720 nt of DNA from Escherichia coli (GTDB lineage Bacteria; Pseudomonadota; Gammaproteobacteria; Enterobacterales; Enterobacteriaceae). Shown piece after piece: positions 1 through 720 of the stretch (positions are counted from its first letter, which is position 1; each line of letters opens with the position of its first letter). The notes under the pieces are model-generated. The model saw only the letters and a program-made list of their open reading frames with translations. It was not told the origin of the DNA and did not search any database. A program made the position numbers and the translations under genes. Location of the stretch: NCBI RefSeq assembly GCF_003334765.1, contig NZ_QOWT01000104.1; one strand, given 5' to 3'.

Positions 1-363
1 CTCCAGTGACCGGTACCATGTATCACGGGCCTGTGCATCCATTAAGGAAAGCATCCCTGAACGTTGCATCAGGTCACGCCAGATTTCGCGATCGAGATTG
101 CGTGTGATGGCTTTCATTGCGGTTTCCGGTTTCTCCATCAGCCAGCAGCCGCAGCGAAAATCCTGTTTCATGGCCCAGTCCGGGGCGGCTTTACCGCCAA
201 TACTTTCTGTCATTGCTGATATTTCAGCCAGTTGCCGGATAAGTGTGTCGATTTGCAGCAGTGTACTCTTTCGTACAGCCAGAATGTGGCGGATACTGGT
301 TGAGCAGATAACGTCCGTATGCCCGGTGACCACTTCCGGACGGGAGATTGTGATGTCTGACAT
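1..363 (-). CDS. hypothetical protein, N-terminal 121 codons (3' end truncated by window left edge)
   Basis: Same minus frame has no stop codon anywhere from 447 down to 1. First ATG after the upstream stop is at 363..361, preceded by AAAAGGGAAACCGATA (AGGG about 9 nt upstream). Translation begins MSDITISRPEVVTGHTDVICSTSIRHILAVRKSTLLQIDTLIRQLAEISAMTESIGGKAAPDWAMKQDF... with balanced, protein-like composition. Not listed in the ORF track because it has no in-window stop. Confidence 0.6.
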   Translation of the reverse strand, partial: MSDITISRPEVVTGHTDVICSTSIRHILAVRKSTLLQIDTLIRQLAEISAMTESIGGKAAPDWAMKQDFRCGCWLMEKPETAMKAITRNLDREIWRDLMQRSGMLSLMDAQARDTWYRSLE

Positions 364-372
364 TATCGGTTT

Positions 373-377
373 CCCTT
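373..377 (-). promoter_or_regulatory. Shine-Dalgarno (ribosome-binding site) for the downstream minus-strand CDS
   Basis: Minus-strand sequence AAAAGGGAAACCGATAATG; the AGGG core sits about 9 nt upstream of ATG 363..361. Confidence 0.5.
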
Positions 378-384
378 TTGGTTT

Positions 385-419
385 ATAAACGAAAACGCCA
401 GCCCTGTTCAGGCTGACGT
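385..419 (-). terminator. candidate Rho-independent terminator after the upstream minus-strand CDS
   Basis: Minus-strand RNA ACGUCAGCC[UGAACAG]GGCUGGCGU forms a 9-bp stem (one G-U wobble, 6 G-C pairs) with a 7-nt loop, followed directly by UUUCGUUUAU. It begins 28 nt after the TAA stop at 450..448. The plus-strand equivalent has a C-A mismatch and no T-tract, so the signal is strand-specific. Hand-folded; no energy computed. Confidence 0.4.
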
Positions 420-447
420 CAGTGGAATGAAGTATGGTGAGTGATAT

Positions 448-720
448 TTACCGGTTCTGGTGCAGAAGCTGCAGATGACGAAGAGTACGGACATCCTCCC
501 GGGCCTGTTCGATACAGGGCAACAGTGCTACCGAATCCGTTTTATCCTCATCGTTGTCAAAGATAATTCCCGATTCGCAGTCGATATTGTCCTGCAGCCA
601 CGCAATGAGGATATCCAGCGCTGTTTCAGTGGTTAATGGCATCACGCTCTGTATCACTGTATTGTCTTCCGGCAACTGATGAGGGCTGGCAGAAGTCGCC
701 GGTGTTTCGGTAGCGTCACG
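448..720 (-). CDS. hypothetical protein, C-terminal part (5' end probably beyond window right edge); Pro/Ser/Thr-rich segment followed by a strongly acidic ~64-aa tail
   Basis: Minus-strand frame with codons at plus positions 1 mod 3 is open from the window edge at 720 to TAA at 450..448. The track's TTG start at 675..673 is not a boundary: the frame continues upstream as ...RDATETPATSASPHQLPEDNTV.... Composition is protein-like and CTG/GAA/CCG-rich codon usage is typical of Enterobacteriaceae. Internal ATG at 642..640 has only a weak Shine-Dalgarno, so the true start is probably outside the window. Confidence 0.55.
   Translation of the reverse strand, partial: RDATETPATSASPHQLPEDNTVIQSVMPLTTETALDILIAWLQDNIDCESGIIFDNDEDKTDSVALLPCIEQAREDVRTLRHLQLLHQNR

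Noticed and set aside
98-388. Plus-strand 96-aa ORF from the supplied track (TTG start; its frame is in fact open back to position 2)
   Set aside because: It lies entirely antisense to a longer, better-supported minus-strand frame. Its translation is Ser/Arg/Cys/Ile-rich and poor in acidic residues, it has a non-ATG start and no clear Shine-Dalgarno. Most likely a shadow ORF; not excluded as an overlapping gene but unsupported.
413-420. TGACGTCA resembling a cAMP-response-element (CRE) site
   Set aside because: CRE and its binding proteins are eukaryotic; in this bacterial-looking context the match is coincidental. The palindrome is reported only as a generic symmetric site.
504-518. Short inverted repeat CCTGT/ACAGG with a 5-nt loop
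   Set aside because: Only a 5-bp stem, located inside the coding region with no adjacent T-tract; consistent with chance.
640-642. Internal ATG as an alternative start, giving a 64-aa product
   Set aside because: The upstream sequence (ACAGTGATACAGAGCGTG before the ATG) has only a weak purine-rich element and the frame is open further upstream; possible but less likely than a start beyond the window.
673-675. TTG start codon implied by the track for the 448..675 minus ORF
   Set aside because: The reading frame stays open upstream through to position 720 with protein-like sequence, so the TTG is simply the first possible start inside the window and not a demonstrated gene boundary.
1-720. 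Scan for CRISPR repeats, tandem repeats, tRNA/rRNA-like structure or IS terminal inverted repeats
   Set aside because: No repeated units at regular spacing, no cloverleaf-compatible segments and no long terminal inverted repeats were seen by eye; nothing to support such features in this window.

Overview
This 720-bp window (roughly 50% GC, enterobacterial-looking codon usage) is best explained by two same-strand, same-frame coding regions on the minus strand separated by an 84-bp spacer. The upstream one (448..720) is the C-terminal part of a gene whose start probably lies beyond the right edge. The downstream one (1..363) starts at ATG 363..361 behind a good Shine-Dalgarno and runs off the left edge. 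The spacer holds a plausible minus-strand intrinsic terminator and two perfect 10-bp palindromes. The 98..388 plus-strand ORF in the track is most likely an antisense shadow of the downstream gene. I do not recognise either protein from memory, so both are called hypothetical. The window is too short and too anonymous to support any claim of a defined biological system; all findings are hand-read from the sequence and need database and context checks.
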